Shown: in pieces, positions 56,505-64,000 of the stretch | How positions within the stretch are numbered: position 1 is the stretch's first letter | Layout: every line of letters begins with the position of its first letter | Source: a virus | Lineage: Duplodnaviria; Heunggongvirae; Uroviricota; Caudoviricetes | DNA length: 64,000 nucleotides | Reading direction: 5' to 3' (one strand) | Virus record (IMG/VR): IMGVR_UViG_3300023202_000102 | Location: 66,700 to 130,699 of that record | Notes under the pieces: generated by a model | Databases searched by the model: none | Seen by the model: the letters and a program-made list of their open reading frames with translations, nothing else | Told to the model about the DNA's origin: nothing | Translations under genes and position numbers: made by a program

Positions 56505-57284
56505 ATGGGTAACAGTAAATTTTCAAAGATCGTCGATCATCCAGAGAAGAAAACTATAATCACGAAGCTTGTTAGCGGAGAGAGCCCTAGTACTGTATCT
56601 CGTTACCTCAAAGATAAATACTCCAAGCCAGACGAAGACCATCTAAGAATCCCAGCTACAGTCCTCAAGGAGTTTCTTGAGGGCTATGCCGATCATCACG
56701 GTTACGTTAAGAAAATTGTTCAGCGTCAAGCAGACTCTAAGATGGAGAAGCAGATTGCGGACTCTCTTCTTGACACTCGTGCATGGAAAGATCGTCTCGC
56801 CGATGTAGCTGATAAAGAAATCAACTATTTAGAGAAGCTTGACAACGTGCTAACTATCTTGGAAACAAGAGCTGAGCAGTTGTTTGATATGATGCAGAGC
56901 GATCCTGAGGACACTCGTAAGGTAGATTACGTCTTCACCAAGTACATGGAACTTCTCATGATGGCCATTGAGAAGGGTGATAAGATTCGTAATGATCGTC
57001 CAGATGTTCGTGTTGAGCACACTTACACAGTACAGATGGTTGAGCAACAGACCGTGGCTTTCCAGGAAGCAATTCGTGAGACGCTAGAGCAGATGGGTCC
57101 AGAGCACACTTCGTTGTTTATGGATATCCTTGGACAAAAAATGGCTAAGATGAAGCCACAGATTGATGCACCTCCAACCCCTAACACCAAGCAGTTTGAA
57201 AAAGAAAGGGCCGCTATAGACAAGTTAGATACTGATGTTAGGGAGTTTGATCAGAAGTTCCTGGAGGAAAATCGTGCTGAATGA
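56505..57284 (+). CDS. hypothetical helical protein (N-terminal HTH-like; TerS candidate only)
   Basis: HPEKKTIITKLVSGESPSTVSRYL followed by coiled coil. Confidence 0.55.
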   Translation: MGNSKFSKIVDHPEKKTIITKLVSGESPSTVSRYLKDKYSKPDEDHLRIPATVLKEFLEGYADHHGYVKKIVQRQADSKMEKQIADSLLDTRAWKDRLADVADKEINYLEKLDNVLTILETRAEQLFDMMQSDPEDTRKVDYVFTKYMELLMMAIEKGDKIRNDRPDVRVEHTYTVQMVEQQTVAFQEAIRETLEQMGPEHTSLFMDILGQKMAKMKPQIDAPPTPNTKQFEKERAAIDKLDTDVREFDQKFLEENRAE

Positions 57285-59295
57285 TCACTTTAGAAAGCAA
57301 TTCGACTCATCAAATTGTCAGTACCTACCTGATGATATCAAGGATGATGTACTCTCAGACTTTAAAGTGATGTCTCAGATGGGTGTTGATAATGATGAAG
57401 ATCAGAATAAGTTCTTTGTTATCCGTAATCATGTGCCTGAAATCATTCACAGCATGTTCAATCGTCCCGTGAATGATAAGGTGGCGCAAGCGATTGCTGC
57501 AGAAATCTTTAGAAACAGAAAAAAAAGACCCCTAAATTCCCTGTTAGAGTTAATAGAAGCTACTGATTTGGCATTAAAGAAGATGGTGCCACCAAACACA
57601 AGACCAAAGCTGGCATACCCGCAACCTAATATTAAGCAGCAGTTGCCACACTATGATATTGGTAGCTGGGTAGAAGCCACACGTAAAATCTATAGCCTGG
57701 TATCTAGAGGTTATAGTCAATCACAGGCTAAAGATCTGGTGATTAGCAAATGGGAGCCGAGTGAAAAGATGGATTACGAACAGTGGTTAAAGTTCTATAC
57801 AGAGAAAGTTCCTGAGAAATATCCAAAGCTTGCAACTGATCAGGATTTTGGATTCATGGGCGGCTTTCCTATTGCAAGAAGAGATACTGATGAGTTGAGG
57901 GTTATGCCAAATCAGATGGGCATCCCAACTCAGGGTCGTGGAATTAAGTCTCCAGGACCAGGACTTCCACAGGAAGTTTCAGATGTTCGTGATGCTATTG
58001 AGACACAGCGTAGAAAGCTAATCTCTCGATTGAACTCTGCAGAAAAACTATTGTCATCTATGGATGGACAGACCTTTGCTGGTAACGATCAGGAGTTAAT
58101 GCTTAAGCTCCTTCAGGATTTGAAGCGCAGAATTCAAACTGCAAATAAGAGAACGGCCCGATCAACACTTTTTGAAGATCAGATTATCAAAGAGGCTAAT
58201 CGTCTTCAGCTTCATGGAAAGGATAGAGCTGCAGGGTTCTTTTATAAACTTGCGCAGCTTCCCCCACCTCCAGGAGGATTGGATCTTGGACCACCAGGCG
58301 GTGGATTAGACGGACCTCCAAGTGGAGATACAGGTGGCGATTCCGATAGTGACAAACCACCAACAGGCAAAGGGGACAAGAAAGAGACAGAATCCCTTCT
58401 CAAAGAATTCTTTGACAACCTCAAGCGTGGGGTGAATGATAAGGATGATACAATCGAGGAACGTGAAGCTCTTGAGGGCAGGCCAGAGGAAGACCTAGAA
58501 GTTTCTGCACCTCCAGCTGCACCTACTGCAGACGCTGCTCCACCAGCACCTCCCGCAGCACCGGCAACAGCTAGTGCTGATATTGAGGTTATTAAGATTG
58601 GTGATAGGTATGTTAATGCTGATGAGTTCTTGAAGATAGCTCAGCTTCCACCAGAGCCAGAGCCAGCTAAACCGCCACCAGCACCTGGCGCTATGGGCGC
58701 TCCGACACCAGAGGTTCCTGAAAAGAAACCTAAGACAGAAGAAGTTGTTGTTGAGCAGGGCGCAGAGGGTAGGGGCGTTGAAGATCATACAGATGATGTG
58801 ATTGAGGCAGCCCTTAATCAGGTGAGTGTGAATGATGTAATTCATCGTCTTGAGATGCTTGTAAGTATCTACAATCAGCGTGAGATTTCGCGTCAGCTAG
58901 CTATCTTGGATATTATGATGGATAAGCTTGGCATTGCTTCTTACTTCCCATCTCTTGGAGAGTCTATGTCCAAGGCGCTTGAGGCAAACCAGTACATTGG
59001 TAATCGTCTTAGTGACATTCTAACTAAGCTTAAGGGTTCTGTTAATATTCCTGGTGGGCATGATTGGATTGAAAGCCCAAAAAGCAAGGCCAACCCAGAG
59101 ACAGCCGGCCTGAGAAGGTCTCTTGAGCAAGACCAAGTTCAAGAAGAGGAGCGCAAAGAGCTAAGAAAGCAGAAGGATCTGGAAAAGCTCAAGGGCGGTC
59201 CAGAGGCAGGTAAGCCAGCAGCTCCAGCTGGCGCAGCAGAGAACCTGGCAGGCCCGGCAAAAGTAGAGAGAGCACCAAAGATTGATGTGAGGTAA
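57274..59295 (+). CDS. large Pro/Ala-rich hypothetical (probable virion) protein
   Basis: GGAGG SD before GTG 57274; QLPPPP and QLPPEP low-complexity linkers. Confidence 0.75.
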   Translation: MLNDHFRKQFDSSNCQYLPDDIKDDVLSDFKVMSQMGVDNDEDQNKFFVIRNHVPEIIHSMFNRPVNDKVAQAIAAEIFRNRKKRPLNSLLELIEATDLALKKMVPPNTRPKLAYPQPNIKQQLPHYDIGSWVEATRKIYSLVSRGYSQSQAKDLVISKWEPSEKMDYEQWLKFYTEKVPEKYPKLATDQDFGFMGGFPIARRDTDELRVMPNQMGIPTQGRGIKSPGPGLPQEVSDVRDAIETQRRKLISRLNSAEKLLSSMDGQTFAGNDQELMLKLLQDLKRRIQTANKRTARSTLFEDQIIKEANRLQLHGKDRAAGFFYKLAQLPPPPGGLDLGPPGGGLDGPPSGDTGGDSDSDKPPTGKGDKKETESLLKEFFDNLKRGVNDKDDTIEEREALEGRPEEDLEVSAPPAAPTADAAPPAPPAAPATASADIEVIKIGDRYVNADEFLKIAQLPPEPEPAKPPPAPGAMGAPTPEVPEKKPKTEEVVVEQGAEGRGVEDHTDDVIEAALNQVSVNDVIHRLEMLVSIYNQREISRQLAILDIMMDKLGIASYFPSLGESMSKALEANQYIGNRLSDILTKLKGSVNIPGGHDWIESPKSKANPETAGLRRSLEQDQVQEEERKELRKQKDLEKLKGGPEAGKPAAPAGAAENLAGPAKVERAPKIDVR

Positions 59296-59296
59296 T

Positions 59297-60043
59297 ATGG
59301 CCATTCGTGACGTACTGCTTGAAATCAAGCGTATTGCTAAAGACAATGGCCTATCCGAGCCTTACGTCGTAGGTGGTCTGCCTCGTGACAAAATACTTGG
59401 TCGTTCAAATCTTGTAGAAGATGTGGACTTGACCTCAGGGGATGAGTCTATTCACAGACTGGCTGAGCTTGTTGCTCATCATTACAGGGTAAACCCAATG
59501 CGTTTTCCTGATGGACACTATCAGGTTTATGTTGATGGTATTAAGTATGACTTCTCCTCTAATTACAACTCACCTGATGTAGAATATTTTCTTGGTAAGG
59601 CCGGGTTGGATGATGCAACAGAAATGCAGAAGGAGTTGTTCAGTAGGGATTTTACAATCAACACACTGACAGTTCCAATGCATCTTCGAAAGATCGTAGA
59701 CCCTACTGGATTGGGTCTTGACGATGCTAAAAACAAGATTATTCGCACCCCTCTTCCGCCAAGGATTACCTTGCGTGATGATACTAAGAGAGTGATTCGT
59801 GCCATTTATCTAGCAGCAAAGCTCGGGTTTGAAGTAGAGCCTGATATTATCAAGTGGGTTCGTAAGAATCACGAGAGGATTGCCAAGGAAGTTTCAGAAG
59901 GTTTTGCCAAGAAGAAACTTGCAGCCGCTACCAGAGAAGATGCCGCTAAGACAATTAGATTGATGAATGAAATGAACCTTTGGAATATCGTTGGAGTTCC
60001 CAGAGTTCTTGAGGAGGCTCGGATGATGGGAGGAACACGATGA
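59297..60043 (+). CDS. class II tRNA nucleotidyltransferase/poly(A) polymerase-family protein (divergent)
   Basis: YVVGGLPRD, EDVDL, SRDFTIN, DPTGLGLDD, DDTKRVIRA. Confidence 0.88.
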   Translation: MAIRDVLLEIKRIAKDNGLSEPYVVGGLPRDKILGRSNLVEDVDLTSGDESIHRLAELVAHHYRVNPMRFPDGHYQVYVDGIKYDFSSNYNSPDVEYFLGKAGLDDATEMQKELFSRDFTINTLTVPMHLRKIVDPTGLGLDDAKNKIIRTPLPPRITLRDDTKRVIRAIYLAAKLGFEVEPDIIKWVRKNHERIAKEVSEGFAKKKLAAATREDAAKTIRLMNEMNLWNIVGVPRVLEEARMMGGTR

Positions 60044-60378
60044 AAAGAAAAGCATATTTTCAAGGAACAGCAGATCCGAAAGAGAAGCGTAAGCCTGATA
60101 AGCTTCCTGTATCTAGGAAGAATCTGGATGTAAGGTCTCCAAAGATCTATACTTGGTTTACCAATTATGATTACTCAGATGAGGATCCTTCTGAGACTTC
60201 TCCGGGTGGTGGCCCGTACCACGGCCCAATGGACAAGTACAAATCTGTAAAGGATTTTCTTGATAAGAGAAGGAAGAAGCAGAAGAAGAAGTACGAGGAG
60301 GGTTTGAAAGAATCAAACTCTGAATCTCGCCTTGCTGCTTTTACTAAGCTAGCTAGTGAGGTTAAGAAAAATGACTAA
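60040..60378 (+). CDS. hypothetical protein
   Basis: 112-aa ATGA-coupled ORF. Confidence 0.65.
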   Translation: MKRKAYFQGTADPKEKRKPDKLPVSRKNLDVRSPKIYTWFTNYDYSDEDPSETSPGGGPYHGPMDKYKSVKDFLDKRRKKQKKKYEEGLKESNSESRLAAFTKLASEVKKND

Positions 60379-60907
60379 GAGAAGACTTAAGCTAGCAGAG
60401 GTTCGTAAAAACAATCATGAGCCATGTCCATTTGGGCTGCCTATTCCTTTTGGGTGCAAGCATGCGGGGAATGCTATTAAGAACATGGCTAAGCTGGATA
60501 CTCTGGGCAAGGACGCTTCAGAGGAAGAGAAGGCTATGATTGCTAAGGCAAACACTAAGCTGCTAGCTTGGACTCTTCTTAGAAGCCAAGAAGCTCCAAC
60601 AAAATGCCCCTATGCCGGGGTAATTATGGAAGAGCAAGAGGCAGTGGAGTGTAATGTCAATGACTCTGCTCCTGGTCAAAACCCTACTAAACCACTGATG
60701 GCCGCTCCATTTTACTCCAAGATGTTCTCTGGAGTTATCAATGGGCTCTACACTTATCCGGTGGGTTTCTACTCGGATTACAATGTAAGTCGTAATCTAT
60801 ACATGGGAACATATTCGCTTCAAGGAGCGGAAAGGCTGGATTTATTGAAGATGGCAGCGGAAGTAGTAGAGGAAGGGCGTAATATACGAATAACTCGGAA
60901 TAGGTAA
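60371..60907 (+). CDS. hypothetical Cys-containing protein
   Basis: CPFG...GC, KCPY, VECN. Confidence 0.65.
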   Translation: MTKRRLKLAEVRKNNHEPCPFGLPIPFGCKHAGNAIKNMAKLDTLGKDASEEEKAMIAKANTKLLAWTLLRSQEAPTKCPYAGVIMEEQEAVECNVNDSAPGQNPTKPLMAAPFYSKMFSGVINGLYTYPVGFYSDYNVSRNLYMGTYSLQGAERLDLLKMAAEVVEEGRNIRITRNR

Positions 60908-60929
60908 TGTACCCACATGAGGTTGTAAA

Positions 60930-61778
60930 ATGGTAGAAAAGAACGCATATGAAGCAGACGATTTGAATCTCGGTGATATTCTGTCACCTCTGGGCAGTCT
61001 TCCGTCCATCGATGTTACCCCTAGTGACATTGAGGTTTCTGAGGATAAGCCTGATGAGGTTATTTTCGTTCTCGATGACATCCCAGGGGCCCCTACGGCA
61101 CAGGAGATTATTATCGAAGATGACGAAGATGACGTAGAGGTGGAGGTTTCACCTGGAGAGTCAGACATGTGGAGCTGGGAGCCAAATAACTTCCTCACAT
61201 GGTTACAGGGAATGTTTGATGGTGTACCACAACATTCTGGTTATGATACCACAGGATTAGAAAAGGCCATCTCTTACTTTGAGGTTTTGGATAAAGAGAT
61301 TACCAAAGCAATGAGAACAGACTTTAAGAACGAGATTGACTCTGCAAAAGCAGAGAAAGCTCGCGAACAGATTGAAAATGGTCTAGAGCGTCTTGTTGAG
61401 CGTTTGGAAAAGGTTAACTCTGATAAGTACAAGAGAAAGGGCAAGAAGTCTAAGGCTTGGTATCAGGAAAATGGGTTTACAAAAGAAGCTCAGAAGGCAA
61501 CCAACATTACTGGAATTACCATTACCGTTCCTCTTCTTATCTCTCGCATTGCGCGTGTATGTATCAATAGCGTTGTGTCTGGCGGTCATGATCTTGAGGA
61601 TATGTATAAGCGCCAGGTTGAGGAATACAGTTTAGATAAGCGTGAGCAGGCTGAAGTGAATCAGCTGCTTGCAGATATGGGTTACCCAATTCATCAGGAC
61701 CGAGGCTATCCACCAGGTGAGCCAGTGGAGATTTGGCGTAATGATAACTATGACTGGTCAGCACAGTACAGAGGATAA
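60930..61778 (+). CDS. hypothetical protein
   Basis: 282-aa ORF. Confidence 0.7.
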   Translation: MVEKNAYEADDLNLGDILSPLGSLPSIDVTPSDIEVSEDKPDEVIFVLDDIPGAPTAQEIIIEDDEDDVEVEVSPGESDMWSWEPNNFLTWLQGMFDGVPQHSGYDTTGLEKAISYFEVLDKEITKAMRTDFKNEIDSAKAEKAREQIENGLERLVERLEKVNSDKYKRKGKKSKAWYQENGFTKEAQKATNITGITITVPLLISRIARVCINSVVSGGHDLEDMYKRQVEEYSLDKREQAEVNQLLADMGYPIHQDRGYPPGEPVEIWRNDNYDWSAQYRG

Positions 61779-61779
61779 T

Positions 61780-61926
61780 ATGAACGCTAAATTACTAAGA
61801 TTCGCAGATATTTTCAAGACAGCAGCTAAGGCATCTTCTGATAAAGAGGATGACAAGGATAAGAAGTCCAAGGATAAGAAGGACGAAAAGGATAAGAAGT
61901 CTGAAAAGAAGGAGAAGGATGAATGA
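61780..61926 (+). CDS. small highly charged protein (48 aa)
   Basis: GAGG SD; MNAKLLRFADIFKTAAKAS followed by a D/E/K tail. Confidence 0.65.
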   Translation: MNAKLLRFADIFKTAAKASSDKEDDKDKKSKDKKDEKDKKSEKKEKDE

Positions 61927-62254
61927 TGAGCTACTAAAATTTGCAGAGCTATTCAGAGCAGCGGTCGATATGATTGATCTGTCTGAAGAAGCTGTGCTTG
62001 AAGACGAGCCCGTATCCGATCCAGAAGCGGAGACTGGTGATTTTATGACGGATACCGATGAGGATGTGTTTGCTCTTTCTGCAGCAGACCTGCTTACATT
62101 GGACGCTGGCGTTATTGAAAACGCTCAAAAGATTACAGAGACCTTAAGAGACTTAGGAAGTTCAACTTTAGATATTGAGCAGAAGCAGAGACTTATTGAT
62201 AAATGGAAGGCGGATGTTGAAGCCGCGAAAGCAAAAGCACGAGGCGCACTATGA
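61919..62254 (+). CDS. acidic hypothetical protein
   Basis: GGAG SD; MNDELLKFAELFRAA N-terminus. Confidence 0.65.
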   Translation: MNDELLKFAELFRAAVDMIDLSEEAVLEDEPVSDPEAETGDFMTDTDEDVFALSAADLLTLDAGVIENAQKITETLRDLGSSTLDIEQKQRLIDKWKADVEAAKAKARGAL

Positions 62255-63207
62255 GAGGAACTAAAGGATCATTCGAAAGGACTGGCGAAATCAGCCGTGA
62301 AGCAAGCAAGACTTCTGACTGGCTTGAGGAGTTTGCTGAGAAGCTTGCTATTGCTGAGGTTACATCTGAGGCACGAGTTAAGACAGCATCTAAGACTGCC
62401 GTTGAGGTTTCTCGTGATCGCAACATCGGACCATCTGTTTACGAAATGATGTCAGCTATTGTATCTCCAACAGGTCACAAGCACAGCTCTGTTGAAGAGG
62501 CCGTTGTTGATTACCAGAAGCGAACAGGACTGGCACAGCATCTTGAGCGCACAGCTGAGGAGCAGATGCAGGCTGTGGCCTCTTTGGTAACAGCATCTTA
62601 TGGAGAAGACGAGGCCTGTGCTCACGGAGAGCACGGGGACTGTGCAGAGTGTGATGCAGCAGATGCGGCAGATGCAGATACCGCAAACGCAGACACCGAA
62701 GAAGAGGAAGAAGATTCCCCAAAAGCTGATGGCCACGGAGAGGTGGCCGAAGACGATGAGGACATTGAGCATTTTCTAGAGCTTCTCGAAGGCTTCGACT
62801 ACCCAGACAGTTATGAGCGCACAGACATTGGTAATGCAGAGTGGTCAGAGGAGCATGACTCTTTGGTAGCACAGGCAGAGCATGGACACCCAGCTCTAGT
62901 CATTCAGGTTCCAGCCATCGATAGTTTTCTTGATAACCTAATTGATACCAACCCAGGCATTCAATTACCGGCACTTCTACACTCTTTGGTAGAAACATTC
63001 AGCCGTGATGGTGCTGATCAATCTTCTTGTCGTGAAAAGGATTTCCTTCAGTACGTTAACAAGAAATTGATTGATAAGGAACGGGATATCATTGATCCAA
63101 CCTCTTCTGAGATTGGTCGAGGGGTAGGTCTCCAAGTTGATTATACTGGTGAATCTGATCAAAACAAGCATCCATTTGCACTACTTGAGCCTCAAGAGTC
63201 CGAGTAA
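62251..63207 (+). CDS. acidic hypothetical protein
   Basis: 318-aa ATGA-coupled ORF directly upstream of terminase. Confidence 0.7.
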   Translation: MRGTKGSFERTGEISREASKTSDWLEEFAEKLAIAEVTSEARVKTASKTAVEVSRDRNIGPSVYEMMSAIVSPTGHKHSSVEEAVVDYQKRTGLAQHLERTAEEQMQAVASLVTASYGEDEACAHGEHGDCAECDAADAADADTANADTEEEEEDSPKADGHGEVAEDDEDIEHFLELLEGFDYPDSYERTDIGNAEWSEEHDSLVAQAEHGHPALVIQVPAIDSFLDNLIDTNPGIQLPALLHSLVETFSRDGADQSSCREKDFLQYVNKKLIDKERDIIDPTSSEIGRGVGLQVDYTGESDQNKHPFALLEPQESE

Positions 63208-63267
63208 GCCTATGATTTAACTGATTTTCTATTCATAAGTCCACATATTTCTACGTAAGGAGGACTT

Positions 63268-64000
63268 ATGAATCCAGTAGAATCTAGTGTCCATGGGCTA
63301 TTTAACCAGCTCAGAGACAACATTATGGGGATGGACCCCGTGTATTTTTGTGAGAGATTTCTCACTATCGATGGTAAGCCATTTGACCTAAGTGGTGCGT
63401 GGAAACCATTCGCAGACATCTATAGGTACGTTGGGCTGAAGGCTATTGAAAAGGATGCCAAACCTATCGTACTGGTCAAGGGGCGACAGGTAGGTGCAAC
63501 AACAATGGCAGCTGCACTAGAATGTTATTTTGCAGCATGCGGTATCTTTGGGAAGAATGGTCATGCGCCAATGCGTCTGATGCACCTCTTCCCAACGTTA
63601 TCTTTGGCTGCAGCTTATTCCAAAGATAAGTTAGATCCAATGATTGGTCAATCTGTATCCGTTGCAGGGGCTTACAAGTCTAATGGACTTCTCAAGTCTT
63701 ACATGGAAAATTCCATGGCTACAGGAGACCCCTCCAATAACAACATGCACTTTAAGAAGTTCAACTTCGGTAACCAGGTTTGGATTGAATCCACTGGTCT
63801 TACGGGTGACCGTATTCGTGGTCGTCAGCTTTGTTTGGATACAGAACTTCCAACGCCTGATCGAGGATTTATCAAACTAAGAGATTTGAAGCAGGGAGAT
63901 AGGCTATTCGATGAAAATGGAAATGTTTGTAATGTAACCAAACTTCATCCAATTCAAGAGTCTCCAGAATCTTATCGTGTAACATTTGATGATGGAACAC
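63268..64000 (+). CDS. terminase large subunit (partial, runs off the window) with intein
   Basis: AAGGAGG SD; frame open from 63268 to the end; Walker A IVLVKGRQVGATT, LMHLFPT, GDRIRGR. Confidence 0.85.
   Translation, partial: MNPVESSVHGLFNQLRDNIMGMDPVYFCERFLTIDGKPFDLSGAWKPFADIYRYVGLKAIEKDAKPIVLVKGRQVGATTMAAALECYFAACGIFGKNGHAPMRLMHLFPTLSLAAAYSKDKLDPMIGQSVSVAGAYKSNGLLKSYMENSMATGDPSNNNMHFKKFNFGNQVWIESTGLTGDRIRGRQLCLDTELPTPDRGFIKLRDLKQGDRLFDENGNVCNVTKLHPIQESPESYRVTFDDGT
63826..64000 (+). mobile_element. intein in TerL (N-terminal part only)
   Basis: QLCLDTELPTPDRGFIKLRDLKQGDRLFDENGNVCNV...SYRVTFDDGT matches intein block A and the following strands. Confidence 0.88.

Noticed and set aside
1-64000. 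Bacterial chromosome or prophage interpretation (topA, dnaE, recA, infC, tig, def, dnaJ present)
   Set aside because: These genes are scattered singly among unknown ORFs without their usual operons (no rpmI-rplT after infC, no clpPX after tig, no dnaK/grpE), alongside phage-type dNMP kinase, Endo VII and terminase; no integrase or att site was seen.
1-64000. tRNA, tmRNA, rRNA or CRISPR arrays
   Set aside because: No cloverleaf with a TTCRA T-loop and no regularly spaced direct repeats were seen in the few intergenic gaps; tRNAscan/Infernal were not run.

Overview
This window is best read as a 64-kb segment of a large (jumbo or 'huge') tailed dsDNA bacteriophage, not a bacterial chromosome. 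Genes are densely packed, almost all on the + strand, use standard code 11 and often overlap at ATGA/TAATG junctions. Most ORFs are of unknown function. No rRNA, tRNA or CRISPR array was found. From about 0 to 50 kb the window carries replication, recombination and nucleotide genes: RecD/Dda-like helicase, TopA, SbcCD, DnaE, RecA, an SSB-like protein, an Endo VII-like resolvase, primase domains, dUTPase, dCMP deaminase and dNMP kinase. The same region holds host-like translation and proteostasis genes: bS21, IF-3, peptide deformylase, trigger factor, DnaJ, Hsp20, thioredoxin and a MoaD/ThiS-type ubiquitin-like protein. From about 50 to 64 kb is a block of large, acidic proteins of unknown function (probably virion or late proteins), containing a divergent CCA/poly(A)-polymerase-family enzyme and ending in a terminase large subunit cut by the window edge. 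Four selfish-element observations stand out. (1) dnaE is fractured into two genes joined by a naturally split intein (108-aa IntN starting with Ser, 37-aa IntC), with a free-standing Zn-finger/Vsr-like endonuclease between them. (2) An endonuclease element appears to have invaded an MT-A70 methyltransferase just after its DPPW codons and carries a recoded replacement copy of the gene's first 13 codons. (3) The helicase has a LAGLIDADG intein ending in Trp-Asn. (4) The terminase intein appears to begin with Gln. All family assignments come from motifs recognised by eye; no database search was run.
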